This document shows positions 9,849-20,039 of a stretch of DNA of 64,000 nt, piece by piece. Position 1 is the first letter of the stretch. Every line of letters starts with the position of its first letter. The notes beneath the pieces are model-generated. The model made no database searches and was not told the DNA's origin. It saw only the letters and a program-made list of their open reading frames with translations. Source of the DNA: an uncultured Nitrospinota bacterium (GTDB lineage: Bacteria; Tectomicrobia; Entotheonellia; J063; CAVPRW01); the NCBI GenBank assembly GCA_963707985.1, contig CAVPRW010000042.1:32001-96000 (forward strand). Direction: 5' to 3'. The position numbers and the translations under genes were made by a program.

Positions 9849-10190
9849 ATGAAGGGAACTCTGATGGCTATCGTGCTCGCTGCATTAGGAGCCAGCGTCT
9901 TCGGCGACCTTCAGATGGGTAGAGCCTATGGCGCTGAGATGTCAGATGATATGAAAAAAATGCAGGAGCAGCTCAACAATCAAGTCTTATCAAAACCCTT
10001 TAGTGTTGCCGATGAGGCGCAAGTCAAATCGTACATTGAGGATGCGCAACGGCGTGGAGAAGTGCCGCAAGCCTATAAGGGCACGTACTGGAGACCAGGA
10101 TATACTTGCGCCAATTTGCGCTCATACTCCTATCGCGAATACCTGGCATGTCGGTATTATTATTCCTATTATGGCCATTACTACCCATAG
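9849..10190 (+). CDS. Hypothetical secreted protein with Tyr-rich, two-Cys C-terminus
   Basis: GGAGG RBS; signal-peptide-like N-terminus ending AYGA; ends YTCANLRSYSYREYLACRYYYSYYGHYYP. Confidence 0.75.
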   Translation: MKGTLMAIVLAALGASVFGDLQMGRAYGAEMSDDMKKMQEQLNNQVLSKPFSVADEAQVKSYIEDAQRRGEVPQAYKGTYWRPGYTCANLRSYSYREYLACRYYYSYYGHYYP

Positions 10191-10254
10191 AAAAGTCATC
10201 AGATCTTCCAGCCGTTGATAGCGTATTTTGTTCACCCATGTGAAGGAGCCAAGA

Positions 10255-11019
10255 ATGATTCACCCTGATGTACGTCCCCCCATCCGGACAATATTGTCCA
10301 TCATGACTGCCCTCGTAATCCTCTCGGGATGCGCAGCCGTACATACTTCCATTGCCAAGAAAGATCTCGATGTCCAAACCAAAATGAGCGACACGGTATT
10401 CCTGGACCCGGTTGGTCCGGATAAGAAGATTATCTTTGTGCAAGTACGTAATACCTCGGATAAGCCATTCGATATCCAAGGCCCTATTATGAGCGCGATT
10501 GCGTCGAGGGGCTATCGTATTACATTGAATCCTGATGAAGCCCATTTCCGACTGCTCGGCAATGTATTAAGTGTTGCTAAGGCAAGTCCCACAGCGGCCG
10601 AGGCGACCCTGGCGAGTGGCTACGGTGGGGCCTTCGGAGGTGCGGCGCTGGGGGCAACTGTGGGGGGAGTAACACATGGCTGGACCGGCGCAGCCGTGGG
10701 CGGAGCCGTGGGAGGGGTTCTCGGCGGTTTAACCGAGACCGTAGCGAATGCGGCGGTCAAGGATGTGACGTTCATGATCGTGACCGACATCGAGATCACC
10801 GAAAAAGCCGCACCCGGGGTGATCGTGCGGCAAGATAGCCGGCAAGATGCATCGCAAGGAGTGGGGGGGAGACGAACTCAAACGTCATCAGAAGTCACTG
10901 ATGTGAAAAAGTATCGGACACGCATCGTCAGTACCGCCAACAAAGCCAACTTGGACTATGAAGAAGCCGCTCCACAACTCACCGAGGGGCTCGTCCGTTC
11001 AGTCTCTGGGCTGTTTTAG
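10255..11019 (+). CDS. traT: TraT complement-resistance/surface-exclusion family lipoprotein
   Basis: Lipobox LSGC; KKDLDVQTKMSDTVFLDPV, VRNTSDK, glycine zipper, TRIVSTANKANL. Confidence 0.92.
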   Translation: MIHPDVRPPIRTILSIMTALVILSGCAAVHTSIAKKDLDVQTKMSDTVFLDPVGPDKKIIFVQVRNTSDKPFDIQGPIMSAIASRGYRITLNPDEAHFRLLGNVLSVAKASPTAAEATLASGYGGAFGGAALGATVGGVTHGWTGAAVGGAVGGVLGGLTETVANAAVKDVTFMIVTDIEITEKAAPGVIVRQDSRQDASQGVGGRRTQTSSEVTDVKKYRTRIVSTANKANLDYEEAAPQLTEGLVRSVSGLF

Positions 11020-11343
11020 CGGTGGTTCCAACCGCTCTTTAGTGGTTTCCGAGCGCGGCGAAGCGGCTGAGCATGCGAGAAGCTTCGCCGTGCTGAGGAT
11101 GGAATGACCTGACCTCCGCCGCAAGACTGGCGACAGGGTGCGCGGAAACTTGACCGCCAATTGACCCCAGGTGTCGTCGGTGATCTACCTCAATGGCTCC
11201 CCGTCTTCATTGAGCTCACCCCGATTCTTTCCGCCGCTTTGTCGTTGACAAACCATCAGGGTCTTGTTACGGTGTGGAGCATTTTTCAGAGGCGAGGACA
11301 CGTGCTCATCGCCCGACACTTGGAGAGGGGAGACCGCAGCACC

Positions 11344-12723
11344 GTGGAGACTAAAGCCTGGGGAGGCCGTTTCAACCAGCCCACTCATGACCTCGTCGAA
11401 CACTTCACGGCCTCGATTCTGTTCGATCGGCGACTCTACAGCTATGATATTCAAGGTAGCATCGCGCACTGCCGGATGCTAGCCAAGTGTGGCATTATCG
11501 CCGCAGAGGAGGCCAGCCTGATTATTGACGGTCTGCGGGCGATTGAGGCGGAAATCGACCGTGGCACGTTCGCGTTTGATGTGCGCTGGGAGGATATCCA
11601 CATGCACATCGAACGCCGCTTGATCGAAACCATCGGCCCCGTTGGTGGGAAGCTCCACACCGCCCGTAGTCGCAACGATCAAATCGCCTTGGATGTACGG
11701 CTCTACATGCGTGACGAGATCCGTACCATTCTCGACGACATCGGGCAATTACAACACACGCTGGTTGACCTGGCGGAGCACCATCTGGACGTGATTATGC
11801 CCGGATACACGCATCTGCAGCGCGCGCAGCCCATCCGCCTGTCGCATCATCTGTTGGCCTACGACGAAATGTTCGAGCGCGACCGTCAGCGCTTTACCGA
11901 GTGCTTGACACGCGTGAACATCCTCCCCCTCGGTGCCGGTGCTCTGGCCACCACCACCTATCCGATCGACCGCGTCTATGTCGCCAACTTGCTTGATTTT
12001 CCGGCGCTTGCAGAGAATAGCATAGACGCCGTCAGCGACCGCGACTTCGTGATCGAGTGCTGTGCCGATGCGGCGCTGGTGATGATGCACCTCAGCCGGC
12101 TGAGTCAGGAGATCACGCTTTGGTGCAGTGCCGAATTTGGCTTCATCGAGCTCTCGGACGCCTTTTCCACCGGCAGTAGCATCATGCCACAGAAGAAAAA
12201 TCCCGACGTGGCTGAGCTGACGCGGGGGAAAACTGGACGCGTCTATGGCCATCTGCAAGGTGTGCTGACGGTGATGAAGGGGCTGCCGCTGGCCTACAAC
12301 AGCGACATGCAGGAAGATAAGGAGGCGCTCTTCGATGTCATCGACACCGTGAAAGCTTGCCTGCGCGTTTTCGCGCCCATGCTGGCTACCCTCACAGTGC
12401 GTCCCGAACGGATGCGCCGCGCCGCCGCGGAAGGCTTTGGTACCGCCACAGATATGGCCGACTATCTGGCGGCGAAGGGCATTCCCTTCCGGGAGGCGCA
12501 TGAGATCGTCGGGCGTATCGTGCGCCACTGCCTTGACCAGCAGCAGAGTCTGGAGGACTTGAGCCTGGAGGAGTTGCAAACGTTCTCGCCGCTCTTCGAT
12601 GGCGACATCTATGCGGCTATCGCGCTGGATGCATCGGTCGATCGTCGTCAGGTGCGGGGTGGTCCGGCCCGTGCCGTGGTCGCTGAACGCCTCAAAGCTA
12701 TCCGCGCCGTCAGGGGATGGTAA
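11344..12723 (+). CDS. argH: Argininosuccinate lyase
   Basis: [41 protein letters not shown] start chosen. Confidence 0.97.
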   Translation: METKAWGGRFNQPTHDLVEHFTASILFDRRLYSYDIQGSIAHCRMLAKCGIIAAEEASLIIDGLRAIEAEIDRGTFAFDVRWEDIHMHIERRLIETIGPVGGKLHTARSRNDQIALDVRLYMRDEIRTILDDIGQLQHTLVDLAEHHLDVIMPGYTHLQRAQPIRLSHHLLAYDEMFERDRQRFTECLTRVNILPLGAGALATTTYPIDRVYVANLLDFPALAENSIDAVSDRDFVIECCADAALVMMHLSRLSQEITLWCSAEFGFIELSDAFSTGSSIMPQKKNPDVAELTRGKTGRVYGHLQGVLTVMKGLPLAYNSDMQEDKEALFDVIDTVKACLRVFAPMLATLTVRPERMRRAAAEGFGTATDMADYLAAKGIPFREAHEIVGRIVRHCLDQQQSLEDLSLEELQTFSPLFDGDIYAAIALDASVDRRQVRGGPARAVVAERLKAIRAVRGW

Positions 12724-12727
12724 GGCT

Positions 12728-12856
12728 ATGGGACGCATGGTGCTGGCCTGGCTCATTATCCTTCCCTTCGTCCTGGGGCCCCTTGGGTGTGGCAAAAAGG
12801 GCCCTCCCATACCTCCGCCACCTCAGACGCAAGCTGCCTATGGGGTTTCCCATTGA
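12728..12856 (+). CDS. lptM: Small lipoprotein, LptM/YifL family
   Basis: Signal peptide then CGKKGPPIPP; position between argH and lysA. Confidence 0.72.
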   Translation: MGRMVLAWLIILPFVLGPLGCGKKGPPIPPPPQTQAAYGVSH

Positions 12857-13012
12857 CACGTCGTTTGCGACTATGGTACACCTGAGGCGATCTTACGGTA
12901 CTAAGGAAAAACAAAGAGATCCGGAAATACCATCGCGACACCTTGGCTTTCGCCCTGACCGTACGCGTTGGTATTTGCTGAACAGCCATCATGTGCGGCC
13001 GGAGGCGTGTGG

Positions 13013-14272
13013 ATGACGGCCTTTGCTTATCAGGCTGGCGAGTTGTGCTGCGAAGAGGTGCCGCTCACCAAGATTGGACAGGATGTGGGCACCCCCTGCT
13101 ATATCTACAGCCGCCGGATGCTTGTCGAGAGTTACCGTGCCCTTGATCAGGCCTTCGCCGGACTGCCTCATCTCATCTGTTATGCTATGAAGGCCAACGC
13201 CAACCTGGCCATCCTGCGGGTATTTATTGAGGCGGGAGGGGGGCTGGATATCGTCTCGGGCGGAGAGTTGTTTCGTGCCCTGCATGTTGGGGCCAATGCC
13301 CAGCGCATCGTGTTCGCCGGGGTGGGCAAGAGCGCTGAAGAAATCGAGGCGGCGCTCCGGGCTGACATCTTGCTATTCAACGTGGAGTCCCCGCAAGAAC
13401 TCGAGGCCATCCATGCGGTCGCCGCCAAGCTTGGCAGGCAGGCTCGCGTGGCGCTGCGAGTCAATCCCAATGTCGATCCGCAGACCCACCCCTATATCTC
13501 GACCGGGCTGAGGCAAAGCAAGTTCGGGGTGCCGATCCAGGAAGCGCTGGAGCTCTATCGCAGCATGCGAGCGCTGCCTTACCTCGACCCCGTCGGCGTG
13601 CATGCTCACATCGGCTCCCAGATCACCCAGGTGGCACCATTCCAGGAGTCGGTGGCTAAGCTGGTTCCACTGGTGCACGCACTACGCCAGGATGGCTTCA
13701 ACATCCAGTATCTCGACATCGGCGGTGGCATCGGCATTCGCTATAAAGACGAGGGCCCACCGGCACCCACTGAATATGCCAACACACTGCGCCCGCTACT
13801 CGGCGCACTGGCGTGTACGGTGCTCATGGAGCCAGGCCGTTTCCTGGTAGGCAATGCTGGAAGCCTGATGACCAGGGTGTTATATGAGAAAACCAACCAA
13901 GACAAAAAATTCCTCGTCGTCGATGGCGGCATGAACGACCTGATACGCCCGAGCCTCTACAATGCCTACCATACCATTCTGCCGGTTGTGCAACGGGCCA
14001 ATGGCCATCCCGAGGTGACTCTCGATGTGGTGGGGCCAATCTGCGAGAGCGGTGATTTCCTCGCCAAAGACCGTTCCTTGCCGGCCTGTCAACCGGGAGA
14101 CCTCCTCGCCGTGCTGAGCGCGGGGGCCTACGGGTTTGCGATGGCATCGAATTATAACGCACGCCCCCGTGTCCCGGAGGTCATGGTCAACGGCGATCAG
14201 TTTGCAGTCGTTCGAGCCCGGGAGACATACGAAGACCTGATCCGTGGAGAAATCATTCCAACCTGGTCCTAA
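13013..14272 (+). CDS. lysA: Diaminopimelate decarboxylase
   Basis: YAMKAN, HIGSQI, EPGR, GPICESGD, GAYG..MASNYN. Confidence 0.97.
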   Translation: MTAFAYQAGELCCEEVPLTKIGQDVGTPCYIYSRRMLVESYRALDQAFAGLPHLICYAMKANANLAILRVFIEAGGGLDIVSGGELFRALHVGANAQRIVFAGVGKSAEEIEAALRADILLFNVESPQELEAIHAVAAKLGRQARVALRVNPNVDPQTHPYISTGLRQSKFGVPIQEALELYRSMRALPYLDPVGVHAHIGSQITQVAPFQESVAKLVPLVHALRQDGFNIQYLDIGGGIGIRYKDEGPPAPTEYANTLRPLLGALACTVLMEPGRFLVGNAGSLMTRVLYEKTNQDKKFLVVDGGMNDLIRPSLYNAYHTILPVVQRANGHPEVTLDVVGPICESGDFLAKDRSLPACQPGDLLAVLSAGAYGFAMASNYNARPRVPEVMVNGDQFAVVRARETYEDLIRGEIIPTWS

Positions 14273-14300
14273 TCGCACCAACCGGAGGGAGGTGAGGCAC

Positions 14301-14447
14301 ATGGCGGCCATGCGAGGCCAACAGGTTCAGGACCTACATCATGATGAAGAGGTAAAGTATCATGTCCTGCGCCAGGCTGATCGCGAGGCCGACGCCAAGA
14401 TCCGCGGCGTGGCCATAGAATGTGCCTCTCGAGAGTCAGGCGATTGA
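14301..14447 (+). CDS. Small hypothetical protein (48 aa)
   Basis: Strong GGAGGGAGGTGAGG RBS before ATG; no recognised motif. Confidence 0.35.
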   Translation: MAAMRGQQVQDLHHDEEVKYHVLRQADREADAKIRGVAIECASRESGD

Positions 14448-14541
14448 AGCAGTGACGCTCAACGATTTCGAGGAATGCTGAGCACGTGCCTCCGCCTCGG
14501 AAGCACCACATCAGCCCCCACAAGCCAGGAGGGATGAGAGT

Positions 14542-15414
14542 ATGTTTAAAGGATCATTCGTTGCAATTGTCACCCCCTTTCGCGATGGTCAACTCGATGA
14601 AGCTGCTCTCCGCGGTCTGCTTGAGTTTCATCTGAGCAATGGGACTAATGGCATCGTCCCTTGCGGCACGACAGGCGAATCCCCTACCTTGTCCCATGAC
14701 GAATACGAACGCGTCATCGAGATCACTGTGGAGATGGTGCATGGACGCCTGCCAGTGATTGCCGGAACGGGATTCAACGCCACCGATAAGACTATTGACG
14801 CTACGCGTTTTGCGAAAAACGCCGGAGCCGATGGTGCGCTCATCGTCACGCCGTACTATAACCGCCCCACCCCCGAGGGCATCTATCAGCACTTTGCGGC
14901 GGTCGCCAAGGCCGTGGATATCCCGATCATCGTCTACAATATTCCCGGTCGCACGGGAACCAATATTTTGCCCGACACCATGGCACGGCTAGCCAGCATC
15001 GAGACCGTCGTGGGGGTCAAAGAAAGCACGGGCTCCCTCCAGCAAGTGCAAGAGATGATCAAGCTTTGCGGTGAGAAGTTCACAGTGCTGTCGGGCGATG
15101 ATTGGGCGACGCTCCCGTTGCTGGCAGTTGGCGGCCAAGGTGTGATCTCGGTCACAGCCAATATTGCGCCACGTCAGGTCGCCACGGTCGTCAGCGAGTG
15201 GGAGAAGGGGAACCTCACTGCAGCTCGCGATCTCCATTATAAACTTTGGCCACTGCACAGCACGTTATTCATCGAGACCAGTCCAACGCCGGTGAAGACG
15301 GCCCTGGGCATGATGGGCAAGATCAACCCCGACGTGCGCCTGCCGCTGGTGCCGATGCTGCCGAACAATCGCAGCAAGTTGGAAATGGCCCTGAAAGAGT
15401 TTGGCTTGTTATAA
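14542..15414 (+). CDS. dapA: 4-hydroxy-tetrahydrodipicolinate synthase
   Basis: GTTGESPTL, PYYN, YNIPGRTG, GVKES, SGDD. Confidence 0.97.
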   Translation: MFKGSFVAIVTPFRDGQLDEAALRGLLEFHLSNGTNGIVPCGTTGESPTLSHDEYERVIEITVEMVHGRLPVIAGTGFNATDKTIDATRFAKNAGADGALIVTPYYNRPTPEGIYQHFAAVAKAVDIPIIVYNIPGRTGTNILPDTMARLASIETVVGVKESTGSLQQVQEMIKLCGEKFTVLSGDDWATLPLLAVGGQGVISVTANIAPRQVATVVSEWEKGNLTAARDLHYKLWPLHSTLFIETSPTPVKTALGMMGKINPDVRLPLVPMLPNNRSKLEMALKEFGLL

Positions 15415-15592
15415 TTCGCCCTGGACAAACTGTCTGCTACCCTTGTGGTGAGGTCCTCTCCCACGTAGAGAGGGCTTCACACCTGCCTTCTGCAGTCGGC
15501 TAAAGGTGTAGAAACAGCTGTGGCAAAGGCACTGGGTGACGTACTACCTTGTAGTCGACCAGGTGTACGCTTGGTTGGCGAGGAGAATTGAC

Positions 15593-16393
15593 GTGCGTGT
15601 CGCAGTTGCGGGCGCATCCGGAAAGATGGGTGGACGGCTCGTCCACCTGGTGAAGGAAAGTGGCGACCTGGAGATTGTCGGAGGTCTTGAGCGTCCTGGG
15701 CACCCATCCCTCGGCAAGGACCTCGGAGAGGTCGTGGGGCTGGGCACACTTCACGTGCCGCTAGTCGACGATCTCAACACGCTGGTGCCCAACATCGACC
15801 TCCTGTTTGAGTTTACCATCCCCGAGGCTTCGCTTGCACATGTGCGCGTTATGTCCAACCAGGGCAAACCGATGGTCTTGGGAACCACAGGCTTCATGGC
15901 AGCACAGCTGGCGGAGATTCGGAGCTTGGCTCAGCACATGCCGCTGTTCATGGCCCCCAATATGAGCCCAGCGATTAATGTCATGTACAAGTTGATCGCC
16001 GATGCAGCCCGCTTGTTAGGGGCGGATTTCGACATCGAAATCCTCGAGGCACACCATCGGTATAAGGTCGATGCGCCCAGTGGCACGGCCGTGCGTATGG
16101 GCGAGATCCTGGCCCAAACCCTCGATCGAGATTTGGAGAAAGTGGTGGTGCATGGGCGTAAGGGTATCGTCGGGCAACGGAAAGATGAGGAGATTGCCAT
16201 CCTAAGCATCCGTGCGGGCGATCTGACGGGCGATCACACGGTCACGTTTGGTGGGATCGGCGAACGCCTGGAAATCATCCATCGTACCCAAAGCCGCGAT
16301 GCCTTCGGCCGTGGTGCCCTGCGCGCCGCGCGCTGGATCGTCCAGCAGAAGCCTGGGCTCTATGATATGCAGGACCTGTTGGGATTGAAGTAG
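15593..16393 (+). CDS. dapB: 4-hydroxy-tetrahydrodipicolinate reductase
   Basis: GASGKMG, GTTG, EAHHRYKVDAPSGTA. Confidence 0.97.
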   Translation: MRVAVAGASGKMGGRLVHLVKESGDLEIVGGLERPGHPSLGKDLGEVVGLGTLHVPLVDDLNTLVPNIDLLFEFTIPEASLAHVRVMSNQGKPMVLGTTGFMAAQLAEIRSLAQHMPLFMAPNMSPAINVMYKLIADAARLLGADFDIEILEAHHRYKVDAPSGTAVRMGEILAQTLDRDLEKVVVHGRKGIVGQRKDEEIAILSIRAGDLTGDHTVTFGGIGERLEIIHRTQSRDAFGRGALRAARWIVQQKPGLYDMQDLLGLK

Positions 16394-16480
16394 CAGCTCT
16401 GGCGACACGCCCGACAGATGGAGGCAAACTGTCAGTGTTTCTCTGTGTCAAGCCGAGACTTCACTCTTGAGGAGAAAACT

Positions 16481-17650
16481 TTGATTACCGTTCAACTGGC
16501 CGAGCGGCTGAGAGGCCTCCCCCCCTATTTATTTGCGGAAATCGATAAGGTCAAAGATGAGATGCGGCGTCAGGGGGTTGACCTCATCAGCTTGGGCATC
16601 GGCGATCCCGATATCCCAACGCCACCACATATCGTGAAGGCCCTGCAAGCAGCTGCCGAAAAGGCCGCTAATCATCAGTATGCTCCCTACGAGGGGACGT
16701 TGGCGTTTCGCGAAGCGGTGGCCCAGTGGTATCAACGGCGCTTCGGGGTCATACTGAACCCAGCCACCGAGGTCATGTCGCTGATTGGCTCGAAAGAGGG
16801 GATTGGCCACCTACCCCTGGCTTTTATCAATCCTGGCGATGTTGTCCTCGTGCCTGACCCAGGCTATCCAGTCTATCACGCGGGTACGGTATTCGCCGGC
16901 GGGGAATCGGTGGTGATGCCGCTGCATGCCTCGAATGGCTTTCTCCCGGATCTGCAACAGATCACACCCGAGCATGCACGGCGAGCCAAGATGATGTACC
17001 TCAACTATCCCAACAACCCCACCGCTGCCGTGGCACCGAAGGCGTTTTTCGAGGAGGTTGTCGAGTTCGCTCAGCAACACCATATCATCGTGTGCCACGA
17101 TGCGGCATACTCAGAGGTCGCCTTCGATGGATACCGCCCTGTGAGTTTCATGGAAGTCGATGGGGCGCGCGACGTCGGCATCGAAATGCACTCTTTGTCG
17201 AAGACCTACAATATGACTGGGTGGCGCATTGGCTTTGCCGTGGGCAATGCGCAGATCCTGGCCGGCTTGGCGACGATTAAAACGAACCTCGATTCGGGCG
17301 TGTTCATGGCCGTACAGGATGCTGCCATCGCAGCTCTGAGCGGCCCTGATGATTGCGTCGAAGAGATGCGCCGTATCTACCAACAGCGTCAGGAACTCAC
17401 CGTGGCGGGGTTACAGGAGATCGGCTTACACGCCGAGCGGCCTCGTGCCACTTTCTATCTGTGGTTTCCTGTCCCTCCAAAATACACGTCCTCTGAGTTG
17501 ACCACGCGCATGATCCGCGAGGCTGGAGTGGTGCCCACGCCTGGTAACGGGTTCGGAACCTACGGAGAAGGGTTCATCCGGCTCTCGCTCACCGTCGATA
17601 AGGAGCGCATCCGTGAGGCGATTGAGCGCCTGAAGAAAGTTGGATTGTAG
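16481..17650 (+). CDS. dapL: LL-diaminopimelate aminotransferase
   Basis: LPPYLFAEID, GSKEG, NYPNNPT, DAAY, SLSKTYNMTGWRIG; follows dapAB; TTG start with GAGGAG RBS. Confidence 0.9.
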   Translation: MITVQLAERLRGLPPYLFAEIDKVKDEMRRQGVDLISLGIGDPDIPTPPHIVKALQAAAEKAANHQYAPYEGTLAFREAVAQWYQRRFGVILNPATEVMSLIGSKEGIGHLPLAFINPGDVVLVPDPGYPVYHAGTVFAGGESVVMPLHASNGFLPDLQQITPEHARRAKMMYLNYPNNPTAAVAPKAFFEEVVEFAQQHHIIVCHDAAYSEVAFDGYRPVSFMEVDGARDVGIEMHSLSKTYNMTGWRIGFAVGNAQILAGLATIKTNLDSGVFMAVQDAAIAALSGPDDCVEEMRRIYQQRQELTVAGLQEIGLHAERPRATFYLWFPVPPKYTSSELTTRMIREAGVVPTPGNGFGTYGEGFIRLSLTVDKERIREAIERLKKVGL

Positions 17651-17731
17651 ACGGCCCTCTGGTTCTCGACAATCCGACGACCGTGTTGATTTCTCGGACG
17701 CGCACGCGTGGTGTGTGATCGATGGCCTCCG

Positions 17732-17761
17732 TTGACACACCCCTGATCCCTACGTTATTCT
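17732..17761 (+). promoter_or_regulatory. Candidate sigma70 promoter for TPR-exbBD-tonB operon
   Basis: TTGACA-18 nt-TATTCT. Confidence 0.5.
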
Positions 17762-17818
17762 ACACAACATGCCAATGCAACTACCGCCGCGCGCAGATGT
17801 CGGGAGCCTCGTCCCGGC

Positions 17819-19954
17819 GTGCGCATTCTGGCGCTGCACGTTTGGTCGGGAACGGCTCCAGTGAGAAAGATTCTGGCCACAAAGAGGCCCATCTCGCCTA
17901 TCAGTGCCCTCATCCTGGGGTGTTGCCTGCTCCTGGTATGGCTCCCGTCTCCAACGCAGGGGCAGAAGCCCGATGAAGCGTCGGTGTATTCAATTGCGGT
18001 TCAGGCCTATCGAGATGGCCTCCTGGACATCGCGCGTGATCAACTCCAACTATACTTGGCCGCGTATCCGCAGGGCAAGCATGTCGCCGAAGCTCACTAT
18101 CTGCTTGGGGATTACTTCTTCCGCACGGGAAATTTTCAGCAAGTCGTGCCACATGTGCAGGAGGCCCTGCAACGCCAGCTCCCCGCAGCCCTGCATGAAG
18201 ATGCTTATTACCTGTTGGGCCGAAGCACTCTCGAAACCGGCCAATATACTCAGGCGGTGGAGGCATTTCAACCGCTTATCAAGCCGGGCCACAGCGAACG
18301 GTGGCACGAGGCGGCGCTTTACTGGAGCGCAGAGGCCCTACTCCACCTGGGTGATTTTAGCGCTGCCGCCCGCCAACTACAGGAACTGGTGGAAAGTTAT
18401 CCTAACACGGAATATCTCGAATCCTCCCTGTACGGGATTGGCTATGCACGGCAGAAGACCGCTGCTCCTGAACAGAGCCTCGAGGCCTTCCAACGATTGT
18501 TGGTACGTTTTCCCGAGAGCCACCTCCATCGTGCTGCCGAGTATGGAGTCGCGCGCGCACTCGTGACGCTGCAGCGCTTCGCGGAGGCCGCGCCGTATTG
18601 GCGGCGTATCAGCGAGGCCGCTCTGTCCCCCGCAGAGGCTGAGGAGGCAACCTTCTGGTGGGCAGAAAGCTGGACTCGTGCCGAGCACTGTGATCAGGCC
18701 ACGACTGCTTTTCAAGACTACCTGCAGCGCTATCCACGCGGCAAGTATCGAGCCGAAGCGCTGGCGACTGTGGCCACGTGCGCCCATGCTGTTGAGGCAT
18801 ACGACGCGGAAATTGCGGCGCGGGAAGTCTTCTTGCAGGAGTTCCCTGGCGATGCCCGTCGTGATCCCATGCTCATACGCTTGGCCGAGGCCTATGAGCA
18901 AACCAACCAACCTGTACATGCCCGTGAGCGCTACGCACAATGGCTCCGGGAGTTTCCCGACCACACGCTGCGTGCAGACATGCTGATTCGCCACGGCTTG
19001 CTCAGTCGGTCGCAGGGAGACGATGCGCAGGCGACCGAGAATTTTGCTGAGGTCTTGCGCTTAAGTGCTGATTCCCGCCAGCGAGGCCTCGCTCATGCGG
19101 TCTTAGCCCAGAGCTACGTCAGGCGTGACGACTGCGCCGCAGCGCTGCCGCACTTATCCGCCATCATCGAGCAGGGTGACCGACCCTCCCAGCAACAAGC
19201 CCGTTGGCAACGGGGCATGTGTGCCTATCGGAACAAAGCCTTCCTCGCCGCTGTCGAAGACTTTCAGCAGCTCGTCGACGATGCCAGCTTTGGAGGCGAT
19301 CGTCACAGTCTATGGCTGCTGTTGGGGCAGAGTCTAGCGACCCTTCACCGAGACGCGGAAGCAGTGGATTACTTTCGACGAGTCCTGGCCGTCGCTCCAC
19401 CGGATAAAGCAGCTGTACAAGCCTTGGCGGGCCTCGGAGCTAGCTTGCTGAAAGTTGGGCAGGTCGAAGCAGCGTTGTCAGTGTATGAGCAACTCCTCGA
19501 CGTCGCTCCCGAGCTGCCGGCGCAGGAGCAACTCCATTTGCAACTGGGCCGACTGTATCTTGAGCGCCAAGACGGAGATCACGCCAAACGGCATCTCGAT
19601 GCGGCAGCGAACGGCCATGATGAAGCCATCGCGGCTGAAGCCACTTATCGCCTGGCGGATCTCCTGTTCGCAGAGGGGATGACGGAGGAGGCGGCAGCCC
19701 TGCTGCACAAGCTGACCACACAGCTGGTTTCGCAACCGGCCTGGGTGGGCATTGCTTCCTACCGACTGGCACTCATCTACGAGGCAAAGCAGCTATGGCC
19801 AGAGGCGTGGCAGGCCTATATCGCTGCAGCCAAAACTGCCACGGACCCAGAGCTCGTGAAGGCAGCCCGTGAGCGTGCCCAACACCTCGAGGAGACGGTC
19901 GATGTTCATGCCCGTCGCGAACCTGATTCGTCTCAAGCAGAGCGCAATTTATGA
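17819..19954 (+). CDS. Exported tetratricopeptide-repeat protein (CpoB/BamD-like repeats); start uncertain
   Basis: Hydrophobic signal segment; recurring ..YP/FP.S...A.Y..A TPR units over ~700 aa. Confidence 0.88.
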   Translation: MRILALHVWSGTAPVRKILATKRPISPISALILGCCLLLVWLPSPTQGQKPDEASVYSIAVQAYRDGLLDIARDQLQLYLAAYPQGKHVAEAHYLLGDYFFRTGNFQQVVPHVQEALQRQLPAALHEDAYYLLGRSTLETGQYTQAVEAFQPLIKPGHSERWHEAALYWSAEALLHLGDFSAAARQLQELVESYPNTEYLESSLYGIGYARQKTAAPEQSLEAFQRLLVRFPESHLHRAAEYGVARALVTLQRFAEAAPYWRRISEAALSPAEAEEATFWWAESWTRAEHCDQATTAFQDYLQRYPRGKYRAEALATVATCAHAVEAYDAEIAAREVFLQEFPGDARRDPMLIRLAEAYEQTNQPVHARERYAQWLREFPDHTLRADMLIRHGLLSRSQGDDAQATENFAEVLRLSADSRQRGLAHAVLAQSYVRRDDCAAALPHLSAIIEQGDRPSQQQARWQRGMCAYRNKAFLAAVEDFQQLVDDASFGGDRHSLWLLLGQSLATLHRDAEAVDYFRRVLAVAPPDKAAVQALAGLGASLLKVGQVEAALSVYEQLLDVAPELPAQEQLHLQLGRLYLERQDGDHAKRHLDAAANGHDEAIAAEATYRLADLLFAEGMTEEAAALLHKLTTQLVSQPAWVGIASYRLALIYEAKQLWPEAWQAYIAAAKTATDPELVKAARERAQHLEETVDVHARREPDSSQAERNL

Positions 19955-20039
19955 TGCCTCACCCCACCAGTGCCGACGCACCATCGCCACGACCCACTGG
20001 TGCCGCCAGCTCCGGTGGGGGAGGAGAGGCGCTAGGTTC

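Noticed and set aside
11749..12810. Long antisense ORFs (here; also 26469-27191, 52760-53527, 53328-54233)
   Set aside because: Shadow frames of well-supported genes in GC-rich DNA, with no motifs
12857..13012. Lysine riboswitch upstream of lysA
   Set aside because: Conserved AGAGGUGC and GCCGAA elements absent; only a promoter-like TTGACA is present
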